Positions 1 through 11,501 of a DNA stretch of 64,000 bases are shown in pieces. The DNA is from Veleropilina oligotropha (Eukaryota): the NCBI GenBank assembly GCA_048128005.1, contig JBEUKZ010000065.1:186001-250000 (forward strand), given 5' to 3'. Every line of letters starts with the position of its first letter. The first letter of the stretch is position 1. The position numbers and the translations under genes are program-made. Below the pieces are notes generated by a model. The model was given only the letters and a program-made list of their open reading frames with translations, searched no databases and had not been told where the DNA came from.

Positions 1-330
1 CTGGCCATGGTTGGGGGCAGCTACAAGAGTCAAGCATTCAGTGGATGCGATGTTTACTCTGGCCATGGTTGGGGGCAGCTACAAGAGTCAAGCGTTCAGT
101 GGAAAAGATGATTCTTCTGGTCATGGTTGGGGGCAGCTACAGGAGTCAAGCATTCAGTGGATGAGATGTTTCCTCTGGCCATGGTTGGGGGCAGCTACTG
201 GAGTCAGTGGGTGTTTATAAGATATTGACATCTGTTTAGTAAGGCTCATTCATGGTGCTTTATGGTCCTGCGATTCATCTGACCATGGGTGGGAGGCAGC
301 ACCGGGAGTCAAGCATCCGTGGACCATCTG
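1..330. repeat. 58-bp tandem repeat (about 3.6 units plus a degenerate copy), runs off the window start
   Basis: CTGG(C/T)CATGGTTGGGGGCAGCTAC recurs at 1, 59, 117 and 175, with a diverged copy near 279. Confidence 0.85.
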
Positions 331-1489
331 ACTGTCTATCTGGCAACCCAATATTTTAACATGACCATAATGAAAACAGGCAAAATCGAGCAGTACATTG
401 ATTTACCAGTTTCACAAATATAACAAGAAGTGTAGTGGGAGTCGCACATTATCTCATCGGCTTTGCCATAATTGATGGAATGTAAATTTGAAGTTGATAG
501 AGGGGAATAACTGCACAAATACTTGTTGAAATTCTAGTGAAATGTAACTCGACCCCTGTGCTTTATTTGCAATACAGTCACAAGATTTGAACAATATCTG
601 ATGAAAGGTTCTGAAGATAATTGACGGAAACTAAATATTTATGTCGAAAAAGGGAGACAACTGTGGAAATATTAGTCGAAGTTCTGTTGAAATCGAATTG
701 ACCTCCAAGCTATTATTTGGATATCAGTCATAAGATTTGAACAACAGTCGAAAAAGGGGCATAACTGTGGTGATACTTGTCGGAATAATACCAAATTCAA
801 TAGGCATCTAGTTTATGGCCCAATAAATCTGAATACCAAATTTGAACTCCCTAGTCATCACGGTTTTCGCAATAACCTGTTCGTCGTCAAAAACAATTTT
901 TTTCTATCAAACAAGAGGCCTTTCGACCTATCTAGCTCCACTGGAAAGGGTTCATCAATTTAGGCAAATAACTAGAAATTTGAGCAGCAATTCCCCATGT
1001 AATAGCACACCAAAGTAGAAAAAAATATCAGTTTCAGAGTTATTCCTGATATCCTGTTCACGTCATGAGAAACGGAATTTTAATGTCGGAAAAGGGGGAT
1101 AACTGTGTGAATATTTGTCGGAATAACATCAAATCCCATAGAAACCTAGTTTATGTCCCTATAAACATGCATACCAAATTTGAACTCCCTAGCTATTACG
1201 GTTTTCCTGATATCCCGTTCACGTCGTCTATACAGACGGTCGTGAAATTTATGTCGATAATAGAGGATAATTGTGCAAACATTTGTCAGAATAACTTCAA
1301 ATTCAATAGGAACCTAGTTTATGTCCAAATGAACCTGAATGAACCTGAATACCAAATTTGAACACCCTACCTATGACGGTGTTTCTGATATCCTGTTCAC
1401 GTCGTCTATACGGAAGGACGAGAAATATCTGTAGAAAAGGGAGGATAACTGTGCAAATATTCGGCGGCATAATCTCAAATTCAATAGGA

Positions 1490-1747
1490 TATTTTGACCG
1501 GATATTTTGATCGGATTTCCCAAAAGCCATCACACCACACCCGGATATTATCACAATGGACAATATCCGCGGCTATTATGCAATGACCATGACAAGACAT
1601 GATACCAACAAGCGAGGGTATAAAAGGCTGAACCCATATAGAACCATGGACACCCCTCTGATGAAGACCCATTAGTGGGTCGAAACCGGTCAGGGACTTT
1701 TTACCATTGGTGCACCCTCTAATGCAATCCAGCAGTCTTTCCTGTAT
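1490..1747 (+). mobile_element. Penelope-like element pseudo-LTR fragment (or retrozyme-like insertion)
   Basis: Flanked by the 11-bp direct repeat ATTCAATAGGA (1479-1489, 1748-1758). Contains TATAAAA near 1618 and a minimal hammerhead motif. Confidence 0.75.
1654..1695 (+). ncRNA. Minimal type I hammerhead ribozyme
   Basis: Stem I CCCT/AGGG. Core CTGATGA 1658-1664. Stem II GACCCA-ttag-TGGGTC. GAAA 1682-1685. Palindromic stem III ACCGGT. GTC cleavage triplet 1689-1691. Confidence 0.85.
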
Positions 1748-1760
1748 ATTCAATAGGAAC

Positions 1761-2230
1761 GTCTATCTTCTGAAAATATGAATTACCTAAAAAAATTGAA
1801 ACAAGGTTTTTCAACTGTTTTAGGTAGCATCAGGTGTCCTTTCTAACATACAAAAAGTCTACCAAAATCTGACCTCTGGAAAGGTCAAATTTTCAATATG
1901 GCATCCAAGATGGCGGCCAAACACTAAAATGCCCATTGCTCCTTTATTATTCATCTTAGAAAAGTAATTGGATTCCTAGACCCCCAAAATGTGGGGTTAG
2001 AGACCAAAATTACTTTTCTAAGATGAATAATAAAGGAGCAATGGGCATTTTAGGGTTTGGCCGCCATCTTGGATGCCATATTGAAAATTTGACCTTTCCA
2101 GAGGTTAGATTTTGGTAGACTTTTTGTATGTTAGTAAGGACACCTATTAATACCCAAAACCGTTGAAAAACCTTTTGTTGCAATTTATTTAGGGTAAGGC
2201 GGATTTTATCCATATCTTCAGCCGACTAGT
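1761..2230. mobile_element. Non-autonomous foldback element with about 187-bp inverted arms, ending CCGACTAG
   Basis: 1783-1969 is the near-perfect reverse complement of 2008-2197, with a 38-bp spacer. It interrupts the host repeat. Confidence 0.75.
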
Positions 2231-3452
2231 AGTTTATGTCCCAATAAACCTGCATACCAAATTTGAACTCCCTAGATATTACGGTTTTCCTGATATCCTG
2301 TTCGCGTCCTCTATACGGACGGACGGACTACGTGACGACATAATCCCATGGTTTTATAAAAACTGATGGGACAACAAGGTCAATTTGAAGCAAAGTGCCA
2401 GGCCATATGTTTTGCTATTGTAGAGTCGCTAGTAAAATAATTTCCGTATTAACCAGTTTGCACGAGTCATTGATCGGACATTTTATCATTTTAATTTTGC
2501 ATAATTCAAGGGGATAACTTGGGTTATCCAAGTCTGATCGATCAGGTTATTTAAATTGGCCTCGATCTGATTGTCACAATCATCCTTCCCAAGATTGATG
2601 AGGAATGGATGAAAACTGCATGAGTTAACGAGCACACAAGTCAATTTTACATAAATCAAAATCATAATTCTTGTTCTGCTGAGCCAATCTTGTTTATTAT
2701 CGAACATAGCCGAGATCTTATTTTCATAAACATCCTTACAAAGTTGATGAAGGATCGATACAAATTGCTCGATGTCAACTTTACCTAATTCAAGGGCTCT
2801 AGTTTGGGAGTCGGACTATATACAATGTTGCTTTTGGGTCATTGTATCAGTAAACAGTGTTGCCAACAGTTTTAAATTTGTACTGCTCATTATTCATCAC
2901 ATGTGCATCATTCAATCAAATGCCGGGTGTTGGGGTAATTCTGAGATGTGACACATTTTGTCGGCATAAAAAAAATCAGCATTATGATATCTAAACTTGA
3001 CTGTGGTAGTGACTCCACTTGCACCACACTTCTTATCGGCATTCATATTAGCAGTGTCTCCATTACCCGGTGCTATATTATATAGTGGTGTCTCCTATCT
3101 GCCGTGTAGTGCCGAAGCTATAAACTAACAGTAAATGTTGTTTAACAAGCATTTATTATTATCCTGTATCTGATTGGTGTGTGTATTTTGCCGACACTTA
3201 GCAGCCCGGTTCTGTTTATAACCTAGCAACTTACCACAATAATCACACCAAAGGCTGTTTATTTAATACTCTCGTTTTTTGGCTGCTGTTTTATATGTGC
3301 GGGCCGGCTTAAGACAGATGTCTGACAAATGAGAGAGGCTGTAGTATGGCAGACTGCTCTTGCCTAACAGAGAGAACCTGTAGCATAGCAGACCGCTCTT
3401 GCCTAACAGACAGGGCTCCCAAGAGAGGCTGTAGCAGGGTGAACTGCTCTTG

Positions 3453-3746
3453 CAGGGGCCGATCCTGGATTTTGATAAGGGGGGTCCAACTTTCATAAAA
3501 TATACTATCAACTGTTTGACAATCAACAGCCTGAAACCTCCTCTCCTGCACTCTGACAGAGCAAAAGCGATATTTCTTACCAACATTTATGAACCTTTTT
3601 CACTAAAATGTAAGGGTAATTTTTTATTTTTTTCACAATCTAACACATTTAGTTTTAAATGGCCAAGGCAAAAGGGCATTTGGTCCGTCAAGGGGGGGGG
3701 GGGGGGGGGGTCCGACCCCCATGGACCCCCCCTGCATCCACCCCTG
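3453..3746. mobile_element. MITE with CAGGGG...CCCCTG termini
   Basis: Starts CAGGGGCCGATCC and ends GCATCCACCCCTG, with a G/C-rich subterminal hairpin. No clear TSD. Confidence 0.65.
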
Positions 3747-4098
3747 ACTGAACGCACATTAGTGGCATAGATGCTTGTTAACATTGATTTATTACCGGTA
3801 CTATTAACTATAACCGGGATGAATATAAACTTATATTAATCATGCTTTTGCTGTTTCTGGAGGTTGTTGATGCAGCAGCAGGCCAACATCGGAAAGCTCG
3901 ACTCAACGGCAGACACACGGAAGTTTCCAGAGCAAGGATAGTGCTGTGGGTTTGTCTTTGGTTTCGGTCACGGATCTCAATTACTCCTATATTAACATAT
4001 GAGACTGGGTTGACATGTCCATGCCGTTTATACTATTAGGAACTAGCATGCTCCCAATGTGATGCTACAGGTAGGTGTGGATGTCTGTTGAAATGGGA

Positions 4099-4361
4099 GG
4101 AGGAGGAGGAATTATGCTTAATGTCCTGTATATTTATAACATCGAGGTTCAAGGCAGGACATGTCCGTGTTATCGCTGGAGGAAACCCCGGTCGCCGGGT
4201 AAACCCGCCCTCTTCGGCCAGTCACGGACAACTGTGCTTCATAACTTGAACAAATGTGTGCTGCCTCAGCCGGGGGTCGATCCCACTACTGTTCGCATCA
4301 GCGGAAACAAGCCAGTGAATTTATAGTGGACACTCTACCCACTGCGCTACCGAAGCGGCCC
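4099..4361 (-). mobile_element. tRNA-derived SINE, full length
   Basis: On the minus strand: A-box-like TAGCGCAGTGG, B-box-like GGATCGACCCC and a (TCC)n tail. TSD TGTTGAAATGGGA at 4086-4098 and 4362-4374. Homologous to copies at 14.8 and 25.3 kb. Confidence 0.85.
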
Positions 4362-4889
4362 TGTTGAAATGGGACCGCCACTATAGTATCGTGTATAAAG
4401 CGCGTGGAATGTCTGTCTGTTTGTCTGTCTACAGCATATAGCATGCAGACTTTCTGTATTTAAAATAACTTTTACTGAAGGTAATACACTAATAATATTT
4501 TAAAAGTTGATGTTTTTCGGACTTTGGACGAGTGCGGAGATTGGTGACATTGACCTATTTTTCATGGTCACACACACCAAGAGCTATAAATATAATGTAT
4601 CCCAGTCAGAGAGTCTCTGTCTGTAGTTTCAATTATCTCCATGTTATTGAAAAATTGAAATTTGTCAAAATGATGGCCACATGTGTGTTGACTGTTGACA
4701 TGCATTCACATTTCGACATATATATTAAAGAGAAAACGTAGGCCTGGCCTATTCGCAGAAAAGCCCCCAAGTATTAAGGCAAGCGTAGCGAGCAGGGATG
4801 ATAGAAGCTGTACTAGTATACTGGGCTGTTCTTGCCAAACAGAGACAACCTGCAGCATGGCGGAATGCTCTTGCTGGGATGCGAGAGGC

Positions 4890-5310
4890 TGGGGTGATAC
4901 ATATTGGTATGGCACAAAGAATGGGGTGATACATATTGGTATGGCACAAAGAATGGGGTGATACATATTGGTATGGCACAAAGAATGGGGTGATACATAT
5001 TGGTATGGCACAAAGAATGGGGTGATACATATGGGTATGGCACAAAGAATGGGGTGATACATATTGGTATGGCACAAAGAATGGGGTGATACATATTGGT
5101 ATGGCACAAAGAATGGGGTGATAAATATTGGTATAGCACAAAGAATGGGGTGATAAATATTGGTATGGCACAAAGAATGGGGTGATACATATTGGTATGG
5201 TAGAAACAATGTGTTATACTTAAGGGCATGGCACAAATAATGAGCAGCACATGGGTAATACTTTATGAGGGCAGGAAGTTGTTGAACATTGTAAGATTCT
5301 GGATTGCAGA
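4890..5310 (+). repeat. 32-bp minisatellite (about 10 units) plus about 110 bp of unique sequence, left arm of a long inverted repeat
   Basis: Unit TGGGGTGATACATATTGGTATGGCACAAAGAA. The array and adjacent 5200-5310 are the reverse complement of 9550-9890. Confidence 0.9.
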
Positions 5311-5777
5311 CCTGGTTGTCGCGAAATAAGTACTTATATAATATAGCATTAGCTTAAACTAATAAAAGATGGGCTCAAATTTAGTGATAATTGGCTTCAC
5401 TAACATTTTATACAATTTTTATACATTTTATACAATGTCGCTTTTAGGAACATTGCATACTGGCAATAATAATGACAACAATTTCATGAAAGAATGTTAT
5501 TTGTAGCGACAGTTTGTAAATGAATGGCACGTCAAAGGAGTAGATGATATCATGTATTTTATAGAAAAAAATTCAAAGTAGTAGTTGTTTCAAAAACATA
5601 ATGTTAAACTGACCTTCGGTGACATCAACATTTTATACAAATAAGGAAATTACAAATACAGCTATTGACACTTTGAAATTTAATTATACATTGCAAGTGT
5701 TTTATCATAAATAATCATTAGCCTACATAAAAATTCTCTTCACTATTACTAATGAATAGGACTAAAAATATGGTTAT

Positions 5778-6330
5778 GGGCAATCACTCTATAATCGGGC
5801 AATCACTCTATAATTGGGCAATCACTCTATAATCGGGCAATCACTCTATAATCGGGCAATCACTCTATAATCGGGCAATCCCTCTATAATCGGGCAATCA
5901 CTCTATAATCGGGCAATCACTCTATAATCGGGCAATCACTCTATACTCGGGAAATCACTCTATAATCGGGCAATCACTCTATAATCGGGCAATCACTCTA
6001 TAATCCGGCAATCACTCTATAATCGGGCAATCACTCTATAATCGGGCAATCACTCTATAATCGGGCAATCCCTCTATAATCGGGCAATCACTCTATAATC
6101 GGGCAATCACTCTATAATCGGGCAATCACTCTATAATCAGGCAATCACTCTATAATCTGGCAATCACTCTATAATCGGGCAATCACTCTATAATCGGGCA
6201 ATCACTCTATAGTCGGGCAATCACTCTATAGTCGGGCAATCACTCTATAATCGGGCAATCACTCTATAATCAGGCAATCACTCTATAATCGGGCAATCAC
6301 TCTATAATCGGGCAATCACTCTATAATCGG
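5778..6330. repeat. 19-bp minisatellite, about 29 units
   Basis: Unit GGGCAATCACTCTATAATC. Confidence 0.95.
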
Positions 6331-7593
6331 CCTGAAATCAAGATCCGCTCTTTTATAACCCGATAAATGTAATTGAATTCATCGCTCATAATGCTTGTCC
6401 AGGAGAAAAGTCACCTGAATAAAGAAATCTGTGTCAATCGCCGGCACCTTGCTGTTGCTTCAGGTGCATCGAATAAAGACACGCGCATGGACCAGGCATT
6501 AGCACCCAAATTACAAAGTTTCTACAAACAACAAGCAATAAAATAGAACAGCATACAAAAGCAGAAAATAATCTTCACCCGCCATTATCCTATCCACTGG
6601 AGTGTTGGCAATACAATCCAGTTCAGAATGTCATAGTATCAAGGTAGCCGTATACACCATGAAACAACTCAACAGAACGGTGGACTGTGACGCGCAAACT
6701 GAGGAGTTGGACTTGCTTTTGTGGTGATTTCAGTCGAGAACGCAATGCAGTATTGAATGTTGTTTGTTTGCTATCGGTCATGAAAGGTAACAAACACATG
6801 AACCAGTACATGAATTTCCAGGTCTTTTTTAGATACGGAGAGAGATCTCACAAATGACCAGTTTTTCATAAAAGTCAAACTCAAACCTTTAACATATGCG
6901 ACCCTCACACACCTTTTCACATACGCGACCCTCGCACACCTTTTTTAATATGGCAGCAGTGCCATACATTTAGCATCAATTCACACATTCCAATACAAAA
7001 CATACACAGATGCAGTGCATGACTAGATTTGACCAACACACATCCTGGGACATGTCAATTTTTTGTGGTCAGAAAACCTCCCCACCTGTCTTGACCGGTC
7101 ATGGACAGCCATGGTTGACCACTCCGAAAAGTCTTCAGACATAGGTTGTACCCACACTCTAAGAACTTACTATCTGAGGATCATCTATCAAGACAAAAAC
7201 CATGCATAACATTGTGGTGTGCCATAGCTATGTACGGTAACAATACAGATGAGGTAAGGGTAAGCTACATTGGTGTGGATGAGGGGTGGGGGTTAGTTAC
7301 ATTAGCTGATCTGGATGTCTGTTATCGATCTCGAGGGGTATAAAAATGGGGGGACAAAGAGACTATCGTCTTTCAAGGGGACACAATCAATTCCAAGGGT
7401 GCACAACTTAGAAGCATGACCAAGTCAGACACAGTCAGGGTGTAACTTAATTAACTTGGCAGTGATTATGAGGTGGTAGTGAAAGACTTCTGAGACTTGC
7501 ATCCATTGAGAGTTTGATGAGGCAGTCATGCAAACACTCGCATTCAACCAGTTCGCGTCAATCGCTCTGCTGAGAATGCAGACACAGGCCTAC

Positions 7594-7787
7594 CTAATTA
7601 CATCTGTCTCGAGTCAATGCTGCGGCCATATAATTATAGTCAACTAGCATTAGGTCATGATATTGCGATTTGTCCCGCAGTTTTTCATCATTTAAAATGC
7701 TATAAAGAGCTTCCTTTACTTTGTTTGTGAACAAAACGTCGAATATATAATTTGGTTCTTCAGACTCTTTCATCAATAAATTCATGT
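7594..7787 (-). CDS. Candidate coding exon, C-terminal 64 aa of a putative 76-aa protein of unknown family
   Basis: Acceptor ATTATTTTGTAG|AC. The open frame DMNLLMKESEEPNYIFDVLF...RDRCN* is phase-compatible with exon 11367-11501. Non-repetitive, protein-like composition. Confidence 0.5.
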
Positions 7788-8724
7788 CTACAAAATAATT
7801 TCAAATCAAAATGTTTTCAAGCAACAATAAATCATTTGTTGGCAAAAGTTATTCACAAATATTTCATAAACCATTATGCTCACGATAAAAGCCATACCTC
7901 TAAAATGTGTATTTCAACACAAATGGTTACCAGTTATTTCCACACAAAGTAGGCATATTGAAGGCTCCCTTTCATTCTTTCAAAAGATCGCACGCTTGTT
8001 TTTTCCCTCTAACAGTGATGGCTTTTCATTGCTGTCATGGGTAGGTCATAATTTAACAAACATGTCAAAAACAATTTTACACAACTGGAACGTTATCATC
8101 CAGCAAAGGATAATTAATTCTGATGCTCAAATAGAAATAGAATTAACGTGCTACATCAAATAAATTTTATTTTATTATCGTAACACACTTTAATGCCCTA
8201 AATCTCATAATCAAGATGTAAAGTGAGTGTCCGAATCTACTGGTTGACCCGACGGGGCGTTTTTGGTGGGTGTATCCCTGAAAGTGGACAATATGTCGAC
8301 GTACCACACAATCCAAATTTAAATTAATCTACAGCATGGCATTTATTTATGATAACAGGCTGACAATGACAAGGACTATTTCCTGAAGGTGTTGCGTTCA
8401 TTACATTATTCATTTAAATTTAATATGTAGAGAAAAACATACCTATACATGTACAATTAAATCGCTAACGTGAATCCAGATTTGAAGAACATCAGCACAT
8501 CTTGCATTTATGCCTGTATACAGAGTGGAGTTCAAGCCATAATTTAGCCCAGCAATCAGAGCAAGATATCATGTTGCCACAAATACAATTCAAAGTTGGT
8601 GATAAATTATACTGTCAAATGACTATAGAAGGAGCCAACAGGTCACACCTGATGGGGCATGTGCTGCATGCCTGCACACATTTTCTTGTAGTTTATTGAT
8701 GATGTTTTTTTACTGAAATCAGGG

Positions 8725-9260
8725 ATTAATGTGGGCCGTGGGGCACGACTAATGTGGGCCGTGGGGCACGATTAATGTGGGCCGTGGGGCACGACTAATG
8801 TGGGCCGTGGGGCACGACTAATGAGGGCCGTGGGGCACGACTAATGTGGGCCGTGGGGCACGATTAATATGGGCCGTGGGGCACGACTAATGTGGGCCGT
8901 GGGGCACGACTAATGTGGGCCGTGGGGCACGACTAATGTGGGCCGTGGGGCACGATTAATGTGGGCCGTGGGGCACGATTAATGTGGGCCGTGGGGCACG
9001 ACTAACGTGGGCCGTGGGGCACGACTAATGTGGGCCGTGGGGCACGACTAATGTGGGCCGTGGGGCACGATTAATATGGGCCGTGGGGCACGACTAATGT
9101 GGGCCGTGGGGCTACGACTAATGTGGGCCGTGGGGCACGACTAATGTGGGCCATGGGGCACGATTAATATGGGCCGTGGGGCACGACTAATGTGGGCCGT
9201 GGGGCACGATTAATATGGGCCGTGGGGCACGACTAATGTGGGCCGTGGGGCACGACTAAT
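8725..9260. repeat. 23-bp GC-rich minisatellite, about 23 units
   Basis: Unit GACTAATGTGGGCCGTGGGGCAC. Confidence 0.95.
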
Positions 9261-9549
9261 CAGCGACAATGTTTGTAATCAGGAATAAGTCAGGAATTAC
9301 TAATATTCGAGCAGCATTTTTCTTCGCTAATGTCATCACAGAACACATCATCCGGCAAAAACTTATTGGTTATCATCAACAATATTGTGAAGAAAAGTTA
9401 AAGGAGGAAAGAAGTGATGCTGTGTTGAAAGTATCCAGAGACAACGACGGTCATTGAAAAGGTCTGGCGCACCTGAGACTCGATCCCATGACATCTGCCT
9501 CTGCAATCCAGAATCTTACATCCTGAGACTCAATCCCATGACATCTGCC

Positions 9550-11060
9550 TCTGCAATCCAGAATCTTACAATGTTCAACAACTTCCTGTCCTCATAAAGT
9601 ATTACCCATGTGCTACTCATTATCTGTGCCATGCCCTTCAGCATCACACATTGTTTGTACCATACCAATATTTATCACCCCTTAATTGTACCATACCTAT
9701 ATGTATCACCCCATTCTTTGTGCCATACCAATATGTATCACCCCATTCTTTGTGCCATACCTATATGTATCACCCCCTTCTTTGTGCCATACCTATATGT
9801 ATCACCCCATTATTTGTGCCATACCTATATGTATCACCCCATTCTTTGTGCCATACCTATATGCATCACCCCCTTCTTTGTGCCATACCTATATTTACAC
9901 AACGGCTCTTTTGTTTTGAAGAGGTTGGTATTCAGCGTGAACACCTTGTTTTCAATGACGATTCAAAAGTAGGGTGGTATAGCCATACCAACCTACTTTT
10001 CACTCTATACCGACCTGCGTCCGTGCAAGACGGCTAAAGCTGATCACAAGCTAAATTGACAACAAAGGAGCTATAATTGGCCGTTGTGTAAGTCGGTTAC
10101 AAACCTCGTTAGTCGGTATTCATCGATTTGAAAGACCTGCTTCCGTGCTGTAACACCTCGACCGCTCCGCGGTCTCGGTGTCACGATCCGCACGGGCGCA
10201 GGTCTTTCAAATCGATGAATACCTCCAACTCGGTTAGTAACCTATACTTACACAACGGCTCTTTTGTTTTAAAGAGGTTGGTATTCAGCGTGAACACCTT
10301 GTTTTCAATGACGATTCAAAAGTAGGGTGGTATAGCCATACCGCCCTACTTTTCAGTCTATACCGACCTGCGTCCGTGCAAGACGGCTCAAGCTGATCAA
10401 AAGAGAAATTGACAACAAAGGAGCTAATTGGCCGTTGTGTAAGTCGGTTACAAACCTCGTTAGTCGGTATTCATCGATTTGAAAGACCTGCTTCCGTGCG
10501 GTAACACCTCGACCGCTCCGCGGTCTCGGTGTCACGATCCGCACGGGCGCAGGTCTTTCAAATCGATGAATACCTCCAACTCGGTTAGTAACCTATACGT
10601 ATCACCCCATTATTTGAGCCTTACCTATATGTATCACCCCCTTCCTTGTGCCATACCTATATGTATCACCCCATTATTTGTGCCATACCTATATGTATCA
10701 CCCCATTCTTTGTGCCATACCAATATGCATCACCCCCTTCTTTGTGCCATACCTATATGTATCACCCCATTATTTGTGCCATCCCTATATGCATCACCCC
10801 CTTCTTTGTGCCATACCTATATGTATCACCCCATTCTTTGTGCCATACCTATATGTATCACCCCATTCTTTGTGCCATACCTATATGTATCACCCCCTTC
10901 TTTGTGCCATACCTATATGTATCACCCCCTTCTTTGTGCCATACATATATATCACCCCATTCTTTGTGCCATACCTATATGTATCACCCCATTCTTTGAG
11001 CCATACCTATATGTATCACCCCATTCTTTGTGCCATACCTATATGTATCACCCCATTATT
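9550..11060 (-). repeat. Inverted copy of the 32-bp minisatellite and its unique flank, interrupted at 9894-10597
   Basis: TCTGCAATCCAGAATCTTACAATGTTCAAC... followed by (TTCTTTGTGCCATACCTATATGTATCACCCCA)n. Confidence 0.9.
9894..10597. mobile_element. Head-to-tail dimer (353 + 351 bp) of a hairpin-bearing non-autonomous element, Crypton-like
   Basis: Two near-identical units. ACCTATA at all three junctions (9887-9893, 10240-10246, 10591-10597). Internal IR TTACACAACGGC/GCCGTTGTGTAA and a terminal hairpin of about 105 bp. Confidence 0.75.
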
Positions 11061-11366
11061 TCATTACATTTCACACGTAGCACCCACCCATCATTCATGA
11101 CATGCCCTTTGAATAAATGATAAAAACTGAAAATAGGTAAATTGGTCCAAAACAAACACAGCGATCTTGAGCCATCTGAGTGACAGACAACCATTTATTT
11201 GTCAAACATGAAATAAATAATCAATGCTTGAACATTAATCATACATCTATCAATCAAATTCTCAAAGATGCTATCAAGATGATTCAATTCTAGTAATGAT
11301 ATTGTAAATAGCAAACACTCTATTACGTGCATGCACTATCGCCTGGAATATGATTTGTCTACTCAC

Positions 11367-11501
11367 CGATTCCTGGCTTTTCACGCAGCCTCCTGCCGTT
11401 CATTCATCCAGAGCACGTCTGTCTGGTCTGTGCAGCTGATTGGTGCCAGTTCTACCCAGGACACGGCTACATCGCGGCTCCCGCCTAATCAGGGATAATT
11501 C
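11367..11501 (-). other. Candidate exon (135 bp) containing the ATG (11403) of the putative 76-aa ORF
   Basis: Acceptor TTTTGTCCACTTGCAG|G, donor TCG|GTGAGT. GC-rich unique island. Confidence 0.6.

Larger units (their letters stand above)
500..2375. repeat. Satellite-carrying dispersed repeat (HINE/Helentron-like), about 180-bp internal units, interrupted by two insertions
   Basis: Repeated AAAAGGGG..ATAACTGTG and ATACCAAATTTGAACTCCCTAG units. Ends with (CGGA)n and a short hairpin. The unit AAATTCAATAGGAACCTAGTTTATGTCC is split between 1489 and about 2230. Confidence 0.6.

Noticed and set aside
4270..4361. tRNA gene
   Set aside because: The A/B boxes belong to a multi-copy SINE with TSD and tail, and no full cloverleaf is seen.
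6415..6521. Additional downstream minus-strand exon
   Set aside because: AG and GT boundaries exist, but the donor is weak and the phase does not clearly continue the 76-aa ORF.
4706..11120. Long ORFs of the MYHPILCAIPICITPFFVPY type
   Set aside because: They are translations of the 32-bp minisatellite, open in several frames, and not real genes.
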